NCBI GenBank assembly: GCA_021648445.1
Contig: JAKISU010000002.1
Span: 385 to 64,384 of the forward strand
From: Flavobacteriaceae bacterium
GTDB taxonomy: Bacteria; Bacteroidota; Bacteroidia; Flavobacteriales; Flavobacteriaceae
DNA: 64,000 bases
Direction: 5' to 3'
Shown: positions 59,704-64,000 of the stretch, in pieces
How positions within the stretch are numbered: position 1 is the first letter of the stretch
Layout: each line of letters opens with the position of its first letter
Notes under the pieces: model-generated
The model's input: only the letters and a program-made list of their open reading frames with translations
What the model was told of the DNA's origin: nothing
Databases searched by the model: none
Position numbers and translations under genes: made by a program

Positions 59704-61104
59704 ATGACAGGAATCATTGCACTCATTAGTTGGTTTATTGTATTGCTAGTGGTTAGTAAGTATACATATACGCTGCATCACAGAATGAAAAAAGCAAAAG
59801 AAGATGAAGATGAAACTGTGATACATAAAATAGCTAGACTCCAAAACATAGCCTATACACTTGTTGTTACTTTAAGTATTCTTGGTACGTTGATCATTTA
59901 TTATTTCTTTATAAAGAGCACTATTTACGAAAGCCATTTTTTCGAATGGATGAATCTTGTTATTCGTTGGATGCACATTACTTTTGGTATTGCATGGATA
60001 GGTGCTTCCTTTTATTTTGTTTTTCTCGAAAATGCCTTAAATAGAACCAACAATGTCCGTGATGAATTGGCAGGAAATCTTTGGGCTGTTCATGGAGGTG
60101 GATTCTATTACTTGGAAAAATACAAATTAGCTCCGAAAAAAATACCTAAAGACCTACATTGGTTTAAATATGAAGCCTATTTTACCTGGCTTACCGGATT
60201 TAGTTTACTTATAGTAGTCTACTATTTTAATGCTAAGTCATATTTAATAGATACAACAGTTTTAGATATCAACGCAGTAACGGCTATTAGTATTAGTGTA
60301 GGTTCTTTGATTGTTGGATGGATAATATATGACCAAATGTGTAAAAAATTAATTCGTAACAAGCTGGTTTTTACGATTGCTATGACGGTGTTTTTAATCT
60401 TTTTCGCTTGGTTTTATTCGCAAGTATTTAGCGGAAGAGCTGCTTATATTCATTTCGGAGCATTATTAGGAACCTTAATGGCAGCAAATGTATTTTATAT
60501 TATCATTCCCGGACAAAAAAGAATGGTAGCAGCTGCACAAAAAGGATTGACACCAAATCCGGAAGATGGTAAAGCAGCATTTATTAGATCATACTCCAAT
60601 AACTATTTTACATTACCCGTTTTATTTGTAATGATAAGCAGTCATTTCCCCAGTACTTTTGGAAACAACTATCAGTGGATCGTTTTGATTGCAATTACCT
60701 TAGGTAGTGCAGGCATTAAACATTATTTGAATGCACGTGAAAAAGAACAACTTTCTATTTGGGTCTTACCTATATCAATATTGCTATTACTATCCGTTGC
60801 TTTTGTAACTTCCCCCACTCCCAACGTTGATGGTTGTAAAGAAGAGGTAACATTTACTCAGGTAAATACCATTATTCAGAATAGATGTGTATCTTGTCAT
60901 TCCGCTACACCAACAGATAAAATATGGAAGGTAGCACCAACCGGAGTTAAATATGATACCAAAGAACAAATACTAAATTTAAAAGATAACATTTTTCAAC
61001 GTGTAGTTGTGAGTAAGGATATGCCTTTTGCTAATCAAACAGGTATGACCGAAGAAGAACGTGAAGTTATTGAATGTTGGATCAATCAAAACGCTAAAAA
61101 TTAA
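59704..61104 (+). CDS. puuD: Membrane urate hydroxylase with cytochrome c domain
   Basis: RWMH...AWIGASFYF, LWAVHGGGFY, NNYFTLPV, CVSCH haem motif. Confidence 0.9.
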   Translation: MTGIIALISWFIVLLVVSKYTYTLHHRMKKAKEDEDETVIHKIARLQNIAYTLVVTLSILGTLIIYYFFIKSTIYESHFFEWMNLVIRWMHITFGIAWIGASFYFVFLENALNRTNNVRDELAGNLWAVHGGGFYYLEKYKLAPKKIPKDLHWFKYEAYFTWLTGFSLLIVVYYFNAKSYLIDTTVLDINAVTAISISVGSLIVGWIIYDQMCKKLIRNKLVFTIAMTVFLIFFAWFYSQVFSGRAAYIHFGALLGTLMAANVFYIIIPGQKRMVAAAQKGLTPNPEDGKAAFIRSYSNNYFTLPVLFVMISSHFPSTFGNNYQWIVLIAITLGSAGIKHYLNAREKEQLSIWVLPISILLLLSVAFVTSPTPNVDGCKEEVTFTQVNTIIQNRCVSCHSATPTDKIWKVAPTGVKYDTKEQILNLKDNIFQRVVVSKDMPFANQTGMTEEEREVIECWINQNAKN

Positions 61105-61131
61105 AGTAAATTTAATAAGTACCAAAAATCA

Positions 61132-61151
61132 ATCCCGATAGCTATCGGGAT
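61132..61151. repeat. Perfect 20-bp palindrome atcccgatagctatcgggat
   Basis: Identical to the copy inside mutS2. Confidence 0.9.
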
Positions 61152-61308
61152 CAAATCACAAAAAATATTCAATATATCAAATTATAAGCTATAATTTTAA
61201 AATTAACATTAGTACATTGAATATTGTTTTTTAAGAATTATAATTTTATCTCTGTCTGAAAGGAAAACATAATAAAGTACTTAGTTTCAATTATTTTTAA
61301 ATCTAAAT

Positions 61309-62181
61309 ATGAACATGACCTTAAATGAATTTAATAAGCTGACTAAACAAGAAGCCATAGCTGAACTAGAGAAATGCTGTGTGTCTAAATGTTGGGTACA
61401 GTATATGATTGAAAATATGCCTTTCGCTTCCTCGAATGAATTAATCTTAAAGACAGTTGATATTTGGTATCACCAATGTAGAGAATTAGACTGGCAAGCT
61501 GCTTTTGAAGGGCATCCAAAAATTGGTAACATTGCAAGTCTAAAGGAAAAATTTTCCAATACTAAAAATTGGGCAACAAATGAACAGTCTAACATAGTTG
61601 AAGCAGATAAAAATGTATTAAAAGCATTGGCAAAAGCAAATGATGACTATTTAAACAAATTTGGATATATTTTTATCGTGAGTGCCAGTGGTAAATCTGC
61701 CAAAGAAATGCTAAGTATCATTAATGCAAGATTAGATAATACCAAAGAAGACGAGTTGCATGTAGCAATGGGTGAACAGCATAAAATAACAGTGATCAGA
61801 TTGGCAAAACTAATTGATGACATAGAAACAACTGCCGATTTGAGAAGTTATATCACTACACATGTGTTAGATACTACAACCGGAATTCCCGGTAAAAATG
61901 TACAGATTATTTTAAATGGGTTTACTGATGGTTTTTGGAAACCAATTACTGTTGGTGTAACCAATAATGATGGTAGAATTGCTGATTTATTACCTCCCGG
62001 AAAAAAATTAAAAGCCGGTAAGTATCAAATGGTATTTGATACTGCTAGTTATTACAAAAGCCAACAACAAGAGGGGTTTTATCCTGAGGTGGCCATTCTA
62101 TTTGAAGTAACAAATCACGATCATTATCATGTTCCTTTATTGTTGAACCCTTATGGGTATACAACTTATAGAGGAAGCTAA
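61309..62181 (+). CDS. Fused OHCU decarboxylase (UraD) - HIU hydrolase (UraH)
   Basis: N-part HPKIG, EQS, KFGYIFI; C-part TTHVLDT, TNNDGR, HYHVPLLL, terminal YRGS. Confidence 0.93.
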   Translation: MNMTLNEFNKLTKQEAIAELEKCCVSKCWVQYMIENMPFASSNELILKTVDIWYHQCRELDWQAAFEGHPKIGNIASLKEKFSNTKNWATNEQSNIVEADKNVLKALAKANDDYLNKFGYIFIVSASGKSAKEMLSIINARLDNTKEDELHVAMGEQHKITVIRLAKLIDDIETTADLRSYITTHVLDTTTGIPGKNVQIILNGFTDGFWKPITVGVTNNDGRIADLLPPGKKLKAGKYQMVFDTASYYKSQQQEGFYPEVAILFEVTNHDHYHVPLLLNPYGYTTYRGS

Positions 62182-62246
62182 GCAAGTTATGAGTTATGGT
62201 AAAAATATTATCATTACGAGGATGAAGAACAGTCTTTACTGAACAA

Positions 62247-62332
62247 TGTCCCCCTGAGCGCAGTCGAAGGGTTCTTTAGTATGTTAATTTTTCAATTAGC
62301 AGATTGTCACATCCTACGTCCTCGCGATGACG
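62247..62332. repeat. Composite REP unit, left copy
   Basis: tgtccccctgagcgcagtcgaaggg...agattgtcacatcctacgtcctcgcgatgac. Confidence 0.8.
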
Positions 62333-62347
62333 TTTAAAAATAATAAA

Positions 62348-63778
62348 ATGAAAGTAACAATATCAGAAAATAATAAATCAATCATTTTTGGTGAACTAAA
62401 AACAGCAAACCAAACTTTTAATGCCATCTATAAAGGTGATAGAGAGGATAGGCAACCCATTCATACGGTTTATGGTGGTGCGAATTTGTTTAAATCTAAT
62501 ACAGCCGAAGCTTTGGGGAATGTTGCTCTAAAATCGTTATTAGCTTATGCTCCGAATTGCATTGAGTTTGGTAAAGCATTTCAGTTACAAGGTTTTAAAT
62601 CTTTGTCAGATGATAAAAAGATTCAGGAACTGTTAATCCATGAACTAGAAAAATTATCACCAAATGAGTTAAAAAAACATCCTGCCGGCTTTTCTTATAC
62701 TATTTACAACAAAGTAATTGCAAAATTACAAAGAGAAGCTGTTGAAGATTTTAGAATTGATTTCGAAGATGGATTCGGTAATCGTTCTGATAAAGAAGAA
62801 GATGAAACTGCCGAAAATGCAGCTAAAGAAGTAGTCAAAGGAATGCAAGAAAACTCTTTATCTCCTTTTATAGGTATCAGAATTAAACCTTTTACCGAAG
62901 AATTAAAAGAACGTGGTCTACGCACACTCGACATCTTTTTGACTACCTTATTGACCGAAACAAAAGGTAAATTACCCAATAACTTTGTGGTAATGCTTCC
63001 CAAAGTAACAATCACTGAGCAAATTACTGCCTTGATTTCCTTTTTTGAAATTATTGAAGAAACATTTAAACTTTCTCAAAATAGTCTCAAAATGGAGATT
63101 ATGGTTGAAACAACACAAGCTATTATTGATGAAAATGGTGTAAACCCCTTACGGAAATTTATACTGGTAAGTAAAGGACGTTGTATCGCTACACATTTTG
63201 GCACCTATGATTATACAGCTTCAAATAATATCACGGCTAAATATCAAGAGATGGATCATGATGTTTGTGATTTTGCACATTATATGACCAAAGTTTCTTT
63301 AGCACATACAGGTGTTTGGCTTTCTGATGGCGCAACGAACACCATGCCTATTGGTCCGCATAGAGGCGAATTAACACCTGAACAAGAGGAAGATAATAAG
63401 GCAGTAGTTCATAAAGCATGGTTAAAAGGGTATAATCATATTCGCCACTCACTATATAAAGGTTTATATCAAGGTTGGGATCTGAATCCTGCTCAATTAC
63501 CTATGCGCTATACAGCAGTTTATGCTTTCTTTTTAGAAAGTTATGACGATGCTGTACTCAGATTAAAAACTTTTGTTGAAAAAGCTGCCAGAGCAACTTT
63601 GATAGGTGATATTTTTGATGACGCTGCAACCGGACAAGGTTTATTGAATTATTTTTTAAAGGCCTTAAATAGTGGAGTCATTACTGAAGAAGAAGTACTG
63701 GCAACTGGATTGACAATAGACGAAATTAGAACGCGGTCATTTGCTGAGATCTTAAAAGGAAGAAGAGCTAATATTTAA
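62348..63778 (+). CDS. HpcH/HpaI aldolase/citrate lyase-fold protein (DUF6986-like)
   Basis: QPIHTVYGGA, EDFRIDFEDGFG, MEIMVET, HFGTYDY, SDGATN, QGWDLNPAQL; start set at MKVTI. Confidence 0.8.
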   Translation: MKVTISENNKSIIFGELKTANQTFNAIYKGDREDRQPIHTVYGGANLFKSNTAEALGNVALKSLLAYAPNCIEFGKAFQLQGFKSLSDDKKIQELLIHELEKLSPNELKKHPAGFSYTIYNKVIAKLQREAVEDFRIDFEDGFGNRSDKEEDETAENAAKEVVKGMQENSLSPFIGIRIKPFTEELKERGLRTLDIFLTTLLTETKGKLPNNFVVMLPKVTITEQITALISFFEIIEETFKLSQNSLKMEIMVETTQAIIDENGVNPLRKFILVSKGRCIATHFGTYDYTASNNITAKYQEMDHDVCDFAHYMTKVSLAHTGVWLSDGATNTMPIGPHRGELTPEQEEDNKAVVHKAWLKGYNHIRHSLYKGLYQGWDLNPAQLPMRYTAVYAFFLESYDDAVLRLKTFVEKAARATLIGDIFDDAATGQGLLNYFLKALNSGVITEEEVLATGLTIDEIRTRSFAEILKGRRANI

Positions 63779-63801
63779 CAAATTCCAAATAAAAAAACGC
63801 C

Positions 63802-63897
63802 TGTCATTGCGAGGACGTAGGACGTGGCAATCTCTTTTTACTAATTAGAAATTAAACTACCACACTAGAATAACCCTTCGACAAGCTCAGGGTGACA
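63802..63897. repeat. Composite REP unit, right copy (inverted)
   Basis: tgtcattgcgaggacgtaggacgtggcaatct...cccttcgacaagctcagggtgaca. Confidence 0.8.
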
Positions 63898-63938
63898 GTA
63901 AAATTCGCAATGTCAAATTGAATAAATAATATACATCT

Positions 63939-64000
63939 ATGAAACTCTGGAAATTCATTCATACCAAACTAAGTCAAAATAAAACAGTATACCTGATGAC
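63939..64000 (+). CDS. Start of a gene, possibly XdhC-family accessory protein (truncated by window)
   Basis: MKLWKFIHTKLSQNKTVYLM; only 20 codons, identity guessed from context. Confidence 0.4.
   Translation, partial: MKLWKFIHTKLSQNKTVYLM

Overview
AT-rich chromosomal segment of a Flavobacteriaceae-type bacterium (Bacteroidota), judged from gene content and TAnnTTTG promoters. From left to right: the tail of an HpaII-like (CCGG) C5-methyltransferase with a frameshifted partner endonuclease; core housekeeping genes (pyrE, birA, rsfS, ftsH, cdsA, psd, PNP, lpxK, ribB, lptF-like, lolA, ftsK, tpx, ung, mutS2, rsmE); a wecB/GT4/YfhO glycosylation cluster; a TetR-controlled RND + LolA-like + beta-barrel module; pseudouridine catabolism genes; and a purine degradation cluster (xdhAB, allB, alc, puuD, uraD-uraH fusion, an aldolase/lyase-fold gene, probable xdhC). 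No rRNA, tRNA, CRISPR array or intact transposase was seen. The most unusual signal is non-coding. The intergenic space carries at least five families of non-autonomous elements (IS630-, IS1380-, IS982-, IS5/IS1182- and IS200/605-like by their ends) nested in one another. In addition, a family of about 15-24 nt GC-rich hairpins (core TCCCGA-N4-6-TCGGGA) occurs in hairpin loops, inside the elements, and in frame inside lpxK, mutS2 and a glycosyltransferase. Empty-site alleles within the window show that such hairpins arrive without target duplication. All family assignments come from recognised motifs; no database search was run.
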